Assembly: GCA_903911145.1 (NCBI GenBank)
Contig: CAIWCD010000002.1
Coordinates: 124,001 to 188,000, forward strand
Direction of reading: 5' to 3'
Length of the DNA stretch: 64,000 bases
Origin: an uncultured delta proteobacterium
Lineage (GTDB): Bacteria > Myxococcota > Myxococcia > Myxococcales > 40CM-4-68-19
Made by a program: the position numbers and the translations under genes. Each line of letters opens with the position of its first letter. Position 1 is the first letter of the stretch. This document shows positions 29,295-38,088 of the stretch, piece by piece. The notes beneath the pieces were generated by a model. It had not been told where the DNA came from. It made no database searches and was given only the letters and a program-made list of their open reading frames with translations.

Positions 29295-29879
29295 CTATCC
29301 ATGCGGAGAGGGGGCGGCTGCAGGATCTTGAGGTGCAACTGGAGCCGCGGCGATCTCTGCGGGCGCCACTGCGGGCGAAGGAGAGCGGACGCCGAGCTGG
29401 ACCGCCTTGGGCGCGGCCGCGGCGATCACGTTTGTCTGCGCAGGTCCAAGGTTCACGCCCGGAGCCGCGCGCGCGTAGGCCACCACCAGGAAGACGAAGA
29501 GGGTGATGCAGACGATCGCAATCACGCCGAGCGGCCGGGCAGAAAAGCCGAGCACCTCGCCGCGGCTCCAGACGAGCAGCAGCGCGAGCCCGCTCGTGGC
29601 GAGCGACCAGAGCAGCGGCGCGAAACCCGCACGCGCGAGTCGCGGCTCGTGCGCGGTTCGGCGCAGCGAGGCGGCGAGACCGACAAGCCCGGCGCCCGCG
29701 AGCGCGCCAAAGAGCTGCGTCGAGAGCGCGACCGGGCCATGTCCGCCAAGCGAAAGCACGCGCAGGCAGAGCCGCGGCGCGAGCGCGCAGAGAACGCCGC
29801 CGAGCAGGCAGAGCCAGGACAGGAGAGCTGCGAGTCGAGCGAGTTGCCGCTCGGAAGCGGCCAGCGGAGGCACGGTCAT
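29295..29879 (-). CDS. Hypothetical 4-TM membrane protein with Pro/Ala tail
   Basis: Four hydrophobic segments; in line with PTS genes. Confidence 0.65.
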   Translation of the reverse strand: MTVPPLAASERQLARLAALLSWLCLLGGVLCALAPRLCLRVLSLGGHGPVALSTQLFGALAGAGLVGLAASLRRTAHEPRLARAGFAPLLWSLATSGLALLLVWSRGEVLGFSARPLGVIAIVCITLFVFLVVAYARAAPGVNLGPAQTNVIAAAAPKAVQLGVRSPSPAVAPAEIAAAPVAPQDPAAAPSPHG

Positions 29880-29902
29880 GAGAGCTTTCAGAGCACGCGT
29901 CT

Positions 29903-30436
29903 TTAAGTCAGCGGGCGGATTCGGTGCTTGCGCAGCAGCGCATCGAACGCCTTCGAGCCGACGCGCGCAACGGTCAGTTCGAGATGCAGCTGCTCGCCGC
30001 CCTCGGAAAGCTCGACCGAACGGGTCTCGCCGAGCGCCAGCGTGATGCGGCCCTCGTGCGTGTCGCCCTGGTGCGCAGCTCCGTCATCGAGCGACAGGCG
30101 ATACCCGACACAGAGCGCACCCTCGTGCACCGGCTCAGGCGTGAGATCCAGAGACATCTGCAGCTGCGGCAGCGCATCCTGCGCGACCACTTCGTTCGCG
30201 CTCTGCGGCCCCTGGGACAGCGACACATGCACGCCCGCGTTCGGCTCGCCCACGAGGAGCGGGCTTGCGAGCAGCGCGCCCGCGTGATCGCGCAGCTCGA
30301 GGGAATAGAGCAGCGGTGGTTCCGTGGGCGCACGCAGCTGGCCGAACGTCGCCTCTGTCCCGAGCACGCCGAACACAAAGCCCGCGCTGGCCGTGACGAG
30401 CAGGGCGATCAGGCGGGATGCACGCGGCGTAGCCAA
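29903..30436 (-). CDS. Hypothetical exported/membrane-anchored protein
   Basis: GGAGG RBS before TTG; N-terminal hydrophobic segment. Confidence 0.65.
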   Translation of the reverse strand: MATPRASRLIALLVTASAGFVFGVLGTEATFGQLRAPTEPPLLYSLELRDHAGALLASPLLVGEPNAGVHVSLSQGPQSANEVVAQDALPQLQMSLDLTPEPVHEGALCVGYRLSLDDGAAHQGDTHEGRITLALGETRSVELSEGGEQLHLELTVARVGSKAFDALLRKHRIRPLT

Positions 30437-30527
30437 GAGAGCCTCCGAGGAGAATCGCGCGCAGGGTCGCAGGCACGGCCGCGCGCGTCAAGGGCAGGCG
30501 CCCGGCTAGGCGCAGTTCGCCGCTGGA

Positions 30528-32030
30528 TCAGTAGATGCTCGAAGTGCGCTTGGACGCGGTGTAGTCGAGCCAGACGGTCTTGAGGTGGGTGAAGAAATTC
30601 GCGCCCTCCTCGGCCATCTCCTTTTCTCCCACGCCGGTCGACTTGATCCCGCCGAACGGCAGCTGCGCCTCGCCGCCGACGGTGGGCTGGTTGACGTGCA
30701 CCATCCCCACCTCGGACTTCTCGACGAAGCGCATCGCCTCGAAATAGTCGCGCGTGTAGAGCGAGGCAGAGAGGCCGAACTCGACGTCGTTGGCGAGATG
30801 CAGCGCATGGCCCGGATCTTTCGCGGCCTGGATCGCGAGCACTGGTCCAAAGACCTCCTGGCGCGCGAGGCTCGAGCCCGGCGTGACGTGATCGAAGAGC
30901 GTCGGCGCGACGAAGAAGCCGTGCTCATGCTCCGGGCCTGCGAGCCGCTCGCCGCCCGCGAGCAGCCGGCCTCCGTCGCGCTTCGCAGCCGCGATCGCCT
31001 CGAGATCGACCTTGAGCTGCGAGGCGTCCACCGCAGGTCCCATCTGCATTCCCTGCTTGCGGCCGTCGCCAACCTTGATCGCCCGCACCCGCGCGGTGAG
31101 CGCCTCGGTGAGCTTCTCGAGAATTCCCGGCGTGGCGACGACGCGCGAAGTGGCCGTGCAGCGCTGGCCCGTCGAGCCATATGCGCCCTGGATGATTCCC
31201 TCGACGGCGAGATCGAGATCGGCGTCGTCGAGGACGACGACGGGATTCTTGCCGCCCATCTCTGCAGTGACCTTCACGCCGCGCGCCGCGGCTCGCTGGT
31301 AGAGGCGCAGACCGATCTCGTTCGACCCGGTGAAGCTGATGGCGCGGATGCGCGGATCATCGACGATCACGTCGCCGACCTGCGAGCCAGGACCGGTGAC
31401 GACATTGAGCACTCCTGGCGGCAGACCCGCCTCCTGGAACGCCTCCGCGATGAGATGGGTCGTCAAGGGCGTCAGCGAGGCAGGCTTGAGCACGACGCTG
31501 CAGCCCGCCACCAGCGCGGGCGCGAGCTTCCACACGGGGATCGCGAACGGGAAGTTCCACGGCGTGATCAGCGCGACCGGACCGACAGGCTGGCGCAGCG
31601 TGAAGGTGAGGGTCTGGCGCGACTCGCCCGGCAACGTCTTGCCGTGCTGCCGTAGGCCCTCGCCTGCGTAGAACTCGAGCAGGTTGATTCCTTTCAGCAC
31701 CTCGCCCTTCGCCTCGGCGATCGTCTTGCCCTCCTCGAGACAGAGAGCTTCCGCGAGCAGATCGACCTGGCTCCTGAGGATCGACCAGGCCCGTCCGATC
31801 ACGCGACCGCGCTCGGGGCCCGGCGTCGCCGCCCACGAGGGAAATGCTGCATGCGCCGCGTCGATCGCGGTGACCGCGTCGGCTTTGTTGCTCCTGGGAA
31901 ACTGCCCGATCTGCTCGCGCGTGTCGGCCGGGTTGATGCACGGCTCGTAGAGCCCGCTGCGCGGCGGAACCCACTCGCCGTTGATCAGGTTGTGCCGTCG
32001 CTCGTCGCGTTGCGGGATCTGCAGTGCCAT
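30528..32030 (-). CDS. Aldehyde dehydrogenase family (KGSADH-like)
   Basis: [40 protein letters not shown]. Confidence 0.93.
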   Translation of the reverse strand: MALQIPQRDERRHNLINGEWVPPRSGLYEPCINPADTREQIGQFPRSNKADAVTAIDAAHAAFPSWAATPGPERGRVIGRAWSILRSQVDLLAEALCLEEGKTIAEAKGEVLKGINLLEFYAGEGLRQHGKTLPGESRQTLTFTLRQPVGPVALITPWNFPFAIPVWKLAPALVAGCSVVLKPASLTPLTTHLIAEAFQEAGLPPGVLNVVTGPGSQVGDVIVDDPRIRAISFTGSNEIGLRLYQRAAARGVKVTAEMGGKNPVVVLDDADLDLAVEGIIQGAYGSTGQRCTATSRVVATPGILEKLTEALTARVRAIKVGDGRKQGMQMGPAVDASQLKVDLEAIAAAKRDGGRLLAGGERLAGPEHEHGFFVAPTLFDHVTPGSSLARQEVFGPVLAIQAAKDPGHALHLANDVEFGLSASLYTRDYFEAMRFVEKSEVGMVHVNQPTVGGEAQLPFGGIKSTGVGEKEMAEEGANFFTHLKTVWLDYTASKRTSSIY

Positions 32031-32065
32031 GCGGCCTCCAGGATGAAAAAAGCGGCGGACGGTAG

Positions 32066-33307
<1,242 letters not shown>

Positions 33308-33311
33308 GGTC

Positions 33312-33443
33312 GCCGCGGAGCACGGCGAGGTGCTGGCCGTGCTCGGACATGCATCCGCGGCTGACGCAGAAAGTGCTCCATTCAGGGAGTCGTGCGGCCG
33401 CTCCTGAACCGCGCGCGGCCAGCACCTCGCCGTGCTCCGCGGC
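33312..33443 (+). repeat. Dispersed hairpin element copy 1 (28-bp perfect IR around a 76-bp core); candidate structured RNA/REPIN-like
   Basis: Arms 33312-33339 and 33416-33443 are exact reverse complements; core homologous to 36532-36604. Confidence 0.8.
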
Positions 33444-33546
33444 TTGGGTGACCGGACAACTGCACATCAAGGCGTTCGGGTGAATCTCTTCGGCGGTGAT
33501 GCATCGGGATTCGCTCACTGTACGGCGCCGCGTTATGGTTCGCGCG

Positions 33547-34104
33547 ATGCTTCCCGCGAAGACCTACGAGTCGCTGCATGCGCTCTATCTCGATGAGATC
33601 GGGCGCGCGCGCAGACGCGTCGAGGAGCTGCGCAGGAAGCATCCCGATGACAATGCGAGCGCGATCTCGCAGCGCCTCATCGAGGCGAAGAAGAACTGGG
33701 CGACCGCTGGCGGCGCGGTCAGCGGGCTCTTTGGATGGATCACGCTGCCGGCCGATCTCGCCTTCGTGCTCGCGCTGCAGCTGTCGCTGATCATGGAGAT
33801 CGCGACGCTGCACAAGGTGAATCTCAAGAGCGAGCGCGCGCGCCACGAAGTGCTCGAGGTGCTGGGATATTCGAACGGCTCGGACAGCGCGCACGTCTCG
33901 ATGCGATCTGCGCCGAAAGTGCTCGCGCAGGTCGCGCGACGGCTCTTCGCCAAGGGTGGATTCGAGACGCTCGGCCGCGCCGTACCTGTTCTCTCCGCGC
34001 CACTCGCCGCGCATCTCAATCGTCGCGACATCGAGCGCGCGGGAGAGGCGGCCGAGAGATTCTACGGGACGATCCGGCAGCTGACGAAGAAGCGGGCGAC
34101 GTAG
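33547..34104 (+). CDS. EcsC-like protein
   Basis: ATAGGAVSGLFGW.TLPADL...L.LI.EIA, GRAVPVL.APL; start uncertain. Confidence 0.7.
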   Translation: MLPAKTYESLHALYLDEIGRARRRVEELRRKHPDDNASAISQRLIEAKKNWATAGGAVSGLFGWITLPADLAFVLALQLSLIMEIATLHKVNLKSERARHEVLEVLGYSNGSDSAHVSMRSAPKVLAQVARRLFAKGGFETLGRAVPVLSAPLAAHLNRRDIERAGEAAERFYGTIRQLTKKRAT

Positions 34105-34110
34105 CTCGAG

Positions 34111-34172
34111 ATGATTTGAGTGCCAATCAATTTGGTTTGTACTCAAAGCATTTTGCTTTGCATTCAAACCAT
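34111..34172. repeat. Three tandem copies (21-bp period) of an AT-rich 20-bp palindromic motif
   Basis: ATGATTTGAGTGCCAATCAA / TTGGTTTGTACTCAAAGCAT / TTGCTTTGCATTCAAACCAT. Confidence 0.75.
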
Positions 34173-34264
34173 CCCGCCAGACCATCATTGCGCTCTCTGC
34201 GCAGTTGATCGGTCCGCCCTGATCCGCGCGCAGCGATCTGCGCGGCCTACAAAGATGCTCGCGA

Positions 34265-34515
34265 GGCGCGTTGCCGGCGGCGGGGCGCGGACTTAGAAAC
34301 ATTTCGCTCAGCCCATCACGCTCAAGTTTCGCCTGGCACGCGCCTCCGGTTTCGCGAGCGCCAAGGTCCGGGACCAAAAGGCGCGCTCGCATGCGGAGAA
34401 GAAGATCTCGCAGGACGTCCACGTCTCCGCATGCTCCACGACTCGACATCCTCACCGCGCCCCGAGACTGCGCAGAGCGTGTTTCTACGCCGCGCCCCGC
34501 CGCCGGCAACGCGCC
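34265..34515. repeat. ~250-bp element bounded by 26-bp perfect inverted repeats (MITE-like or structured RNA)
   Basis: GGCGCGTTGCCGGCGGCGGGGCGCGG at 34265-34290 and its reverse complement at 34490-34515. Confidence 0.7.
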
Positions 34516-34516
34516 G

Positions 34517-35218
34517 CTACGTCGTCACACCGCGCGCATACCGCGTCGGATCCACCACCCCGGCATCGCGAAATCCCTGCGCCCGCAACCGGCACGAATC
34601 GCAGTGCCCGCACGCGCCACCGCTGATATCCGGGTCATAGCAACTGTGCGTCAGTTGATATGGCACCGCGAGCTCCGTCCCTCGCTGGATGATCTGCGCT
34701 TTCGTCAAGCTCTGCAGCGGTGCATGAATGCGGAAACGCACGCCCCGCGCGGCTCCGGCAGCCGTCGCGACATTCGCAAGCGACTCGAAAGCGGCGATGA
34801 ATTCGGGCCGGCAGTCGGGATATCCCGAGTAATCGATGGCATTGACGCCGATATAGATATCGGATGCGCCGAGCACCTCGGCGGCGCCGAGTGCGAGCGC
34901 GAGCATCACCGTGTTTCGCGCCGGCACGTAGGTCACGGGAATGCCCGCATCAGCACCGAGCGGGCCGTCCTTCGGCACGTTGATCTCGCTCGTCAGCGCC
35001 GAACCGCCGATCGCGCGCAGATCGATATCGACGATGCGCAAAGGCACGCCCAGAGCGGTCGCGACGCTCTCTGCTGCCTTGAGTTCAAACGCGTGGCGCT
35101 GCCCGTAGCGGACCGCGAGCGCGTGCGGAGAGAAGCCCTCGGCGCGCGCGATCGCAAGGCAGGTGCTCGAATCGAGCCCGCCGGAGAAGAGCACCACCGC
35201 TTTGGATTGTTCGGCCAT
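34517..35218 (-). CDS. queC: 7-cyano-7-deazaguanine synthase
   Basis: [31 protein letters not shown]....CG.CDSC.LR. Confidence 0.96.
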   Translation of the reverse strand: MAEQSKAVVLFSGGLDSSTCLAIARAEGFSPHALAVRYGQRHAFELKAAESVATALGVPLRIVDIDLRAIGGSALTSEINVPKDGPLGADAGIPVTYVPARNTVMLALALGAAEVLGASDIYIGVNAIDYSGYPDCRPEFIAAFESLANVATAAGAARGVRFRIHAPLQSLTKAQIIQRGTELAVPYQLTHSCYDPDISGGACGHCDSCRLRAQGFRDAGVVDPTRYARGVTT

Positions 35219-35255
35219 ATCCCGCGGATATCAGCGATTCGGCTTGGGGGCGCAG

Positions 35256-35861
35256 CTAATATGCGCTGCCCGTCAGCGAGTATTGCAAGTCGCAGGGAAC
35301 GTTGCAGTTGCACGGCACGCCCGCGTCGTCTCCCGCATCGATCACGTCGATCACCGAGCCGGTGAAAGCGGCGAGCGGCGGCAGACCCGCATCGCCAATG
35401 AGCGCGACCGACGCATCCGGAAGCGATGGAACGAGCCGGCCGCTGATCGTCTCGGTGACGTAGATGTTGCAGGCGCACGAAGTGCCTCCGATGAGTGAGA
35501 CGCTCGAGAAGCTGAACGTCCCGCCGTCGCCGAGCGTGCTCGCGCGCACCAGCGTGGGCAGCGCGAGATAGACAATCGGGCCGCCGTCGACATCGACAGC
35601 CGTGCAGATCACCGAGGAGAAGGTCTGCGGGCGCGAGGCGAGCGAGGCATCCGCTGGGCCGCCGTCGATGGCGTCGCGCGAGATGATGCACTGGTCGGTG
35701 TCGGTCGCGGGCGGCGCGTAGACGAGCGAGGTGTTGAAGACGCCCGCCTGCACGCTTCCTGCGGGACAGAGCCGCGCAAGATTGTCGGGGCAGCCGATCG
35801 TCGTCAACGCGAGCGCAGCGCAAGCAGCCAGCGCGAGCGAGCGGCGCGTCGACGCGTGCAT
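35256..35861 (-). CDS. Putative Cys-rich lipoprotein
   Basis: Lipobox-like TTIGC; CAC and CNCNVPC; coupled to upstream gene. Confidence 0.7.
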   Translation of the reverse strand: MHASTRRSLALAACAALALTTIGCPDNLARLCPAGSVQAGVFNTSLVYAPPATDTDQCIISRDAIDGGPADASLASRPQTFSSVICTAVDVDGGPIVYLALPTLVRASTLGDGGTFSFSSVSLIGGTSCACNIYVTETISGRLVPSLPDASVALIGDAGLPPLAAFTGSVIDVIDAGDDAGVPCNCNVPCDLQYSLTGSAY

Positions 35862-36409
35862 CACGGAGCCACCGAGCCGATCTCGTCGAAGCAGAGGGAG
35901 CCCTGCGCGCAGACGAGCTGGGTTGCGGTGCAGCCACCGTCGCCGCTGCAGCAATCGACGAGCTGTCCGCACTTCTGCGCGGCGCTGCAGTCGCTGTCCT
36001 GCGTGCACGAGGGAGGATCGGTGCGCACGGTGAGCTGGCCCTGCACGGTCGCGCTCTTGCCGTCGAGATCGACGACCGTCAACTGCACCGCATAGACGCC
36101 CTCCGACGCGTACGCGTGTGTCGCGATCGGCGAGCCCTGATCGAGCGAGGCCGAGCCATCGCCGAAGTCGAACTTGTAGTGCGCAATCGCGCCGCCGGCG
36201 CTTACCGAATCTGTGGCCGTGAACGAGAGCGGATCGGTCGGTGCGCCGAAGTGCGGCAGCCAGAGGCGGGCGAGCGGCGCGTGCGTCGCAGCGGGATCAG
36301 GCAGCGGCGCATTCGAGCCGCCGCAAGCGACGACGCCGCAGAGCAGCAGGGCCGCGGCAACACAGGTGCGAACGAGCGCGTTCGGGATCTGGGCGGGATG
36401 GGTCGTCAT
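35861..36409 (-). CDS. PKD-domain lipoprotein with Cys-rich tail
   Basis: VACG lipobox; YKFDFGDGS...HAY...G.Y.VQLTVVD.DG; CTQDSDC. Confidence 0.82.
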   Translation of the reverse strand: MTTHPAQIPNALVRTCVAAALLLCGVVACGGSNAPLPDPAATHAPLARLWLPHFGAPTDPLSFTATDSVSAGGAIAHYKFDFGDGSASLDQGSPIATHAYASEGVYAVQLTVVDLDGKSATVQGQLTVRTDPPSCTQDSDCSAAQKCGQLVDCCSGDGGCTATQLVCAQGSLCFDEIGSVAP

Positions 36410-36503
36410 CGAGGGCGCGCACTGTAGCAAGAGTCCGCGCGCAGTGTATGTCGGGCGCTGGTCGGCACGCACGGCAGCCGTGGAGGCATTCACCCCGGAT
36501 CAA

Positions 36504-36631
36504 GCCGCGCGGGAGCCGGATGTGGCGGCCGCGCGCAGTTCAGCAGCGGCCGCACCACTCTTCGCAGTGAGCACGGACGCCAGCCGCGGATGCATGTTTG
36601 AGCACGGCCGCCACATCCGGTCCCGCGCGGC
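36504..36631 (-). repeat. Dispersed hairpin element copy 2
   Basis: Arms 36504-36531 / 36605-36631 (one-base bulge); core homologous to 33340-33415. Confidence 0.8.
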
Positions 36632-36638
36632 GGCCACG

Positions 36639-37313
36639 CTAATTGAGCTGCTCTCCGCGCGGCATCGTCCTGGCGAGGATGGCCGTCGCGGCGTCGTAGA
36701 CCCGTTGGAGCCGCCGCGGCACGTTCAGCTCCTCGAGGAGCGCCTGCCTATCGCGCGTCGTATCGAGGATCGCCGCGCCCACCAGATCGGCCAGCTCGCT
36801 CGCGCTCTCGGCCTGCGCTGCATGCTCGAGGAGCGCCTGCGGCCCGCGGCCAGGAAGACTCGTGCAGAACGTGAGCAGCAGCTGCCGCAGCTGCTCGGAC
36901 AAGTGCGCCGCCTGCTCGCTGTCTCCATCTTCGTCCTCGAGCAGTTCGGCACGCACGCGGCGGAACGGCTCGTCGCCCGCGATCTCCGCGCGAATGCGCG
37001 CCCGCGCGATCCCGCGAACCACGATGTTCGAGCGGCCCTCCTCGAGCGGCTCCGACTCGACGATCCGCCCCACGCCGATGATCGGCAACAGGCGCACCGG
37101 CTCGACCAGCTCGCCCGAGAGCAGCGCGACGGGATGAATCTGCGCCAGCGCCAGCGGCTCCTCGTGCGCAAGGCAGCTCGCGATCATCGCCTGGTAGCGC
37201 GGCTCGAAGATGTGCAGAGGGACGAGCTCGTGCGGCAGCAGCACCGCCTCGGGCAGAGGGAAGATCGGGAGGTACGAGAGATCGGAGGGGGAGAGCTCGG
37301 AGTCGTCGCTCAT
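36639..37313 (-). CDS. Lon substrate-binding (N-terminal) domain protein, stand-alone
   Basis: LPIFPL..VLLP....PLHIFEPRY, GR.NI...G..R, RQALLE. Confidence 0.88.
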   Translation of the reverse strand: MSDDSELSPSDLSYLPIFPLPEAVLLPHELVPLHIFEPRYQAMIASCLAHEEPLALAQIHPVALLSGELVEPVRLLPIIGVGRIVESEPLEEGRSNIVVRGIARARIRAEIAGDEPFRRVRAELLEDEDGDSEQAAHLSEQLRQLLLTFCTSLPGRGPQALLEHAAQAESASELADLVGAAILDTTRDRQALLEELNVPRRLQRVYDAATAILARTMPRGEQLN

Positions 37314-37380
37314 GGACGAGACGATGCTGCGAAACGGCGCGGGCGACAACAAATCGGACTGCGCGCGCCGGCTCAATCCG

Positions 37381-37968
37381 CTACTTCAGCAGGAGGAGAA
37401 CCACGAAGCCGACCGCTGCACGCGCGGCACCGCCAACCGCCAGCGCAGGGCTGTTGAACCTTCCCGAGACAAGCATCGCCGAGAGTCCCGCGATCACGAT
37501 TCCCCACGGAATCGACGTTCGGCGCTTCGCCTTATCCTCGCGGCTGGGCCATCGCTTGCCTGCGAGCCACTCGTTCCACCTCTTGTCGAGAAGCGGCTGC
37601 ACGCGCGCGTACGTCTCCCATGTATTCGGAAGCTCGTACGGCGATGCACATCCAGCGGGGAGCACCGCGTCGAGGTCGGAAAGATACTGCTCGTAATACG
37701 CAGACGCGAAGTCGTTCCCGGCCGCGGAGAGATCTTCGCGGGACAGTCGGCCATCGCAATGGGCGCACAGATAGGCCGGGCCTGTCGTTGAATGCGCGCG
37801 CAGGCGGGCAAGCTCTTCCGGCGACTCCTTCTCGTGTAGCTCGCCGACGAGGCCACGTTCAGCGGCCCAAGCAAAGAAGAGCCCGATGTGCATCGCAGCG
37901 GCCAGCTCGGTGCGATCGCCTTTGAGGTGGTACCCGACGTCGTCGTATTTCGCGGACACCCTCGCCAT
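37381..37968 (-). CDS. Conserved hypothetical protein with hydrophobic C-terminal tail
   Basis: KYDD..YH, HIGLFFAWA, CDG.L..EDL...GNDFA..YY..Y..D. Confidence 0.7.
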   Translation of the reverse strand: MARVSAKYDDVGYHLKGDRTELAAAMHIGLFFAWAAERGLVGELHEKESPEELARLRAHSTTGPAYLCAHCDGRLSREDLSAAGNDFASAYYEQYLSDLDAVLPAGCASPYELPNTWETYARVQPLLDKRWNEWLAGKRWPSREDKAKRRTSIPWGIVIAGLSAMLVSGRFNSPALAVGGAARAAVGFVVLLLLK

Positions 37969-38004
37969 GCAGCCAACGTAGCTCGCGCCGAGGTCGTCGT
38001 CGCC

Positions 38005-38043
38005 AAAAACAAAAGCGCCGCGACCCAATCAGGATCGCGGCGC
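38005..38043 (-). terminator. Intrinsic terminator downstream of hppA
   Basis: GCGCCGCGA/TCGCGGCGC stem followed on - strand by TTTTGTTTTT. Confidence 0.75.
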
Positions 38044-38088
38044 CGTTGTGTCGAAAACAGACAGCTGTCTGTTTTCTGTCGAGAGCCT

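Noticed and set aside
34111..34172. Mini-CRISPR
   Set aside because: Units are separated by 1 bp, with no spacers and no cas genes
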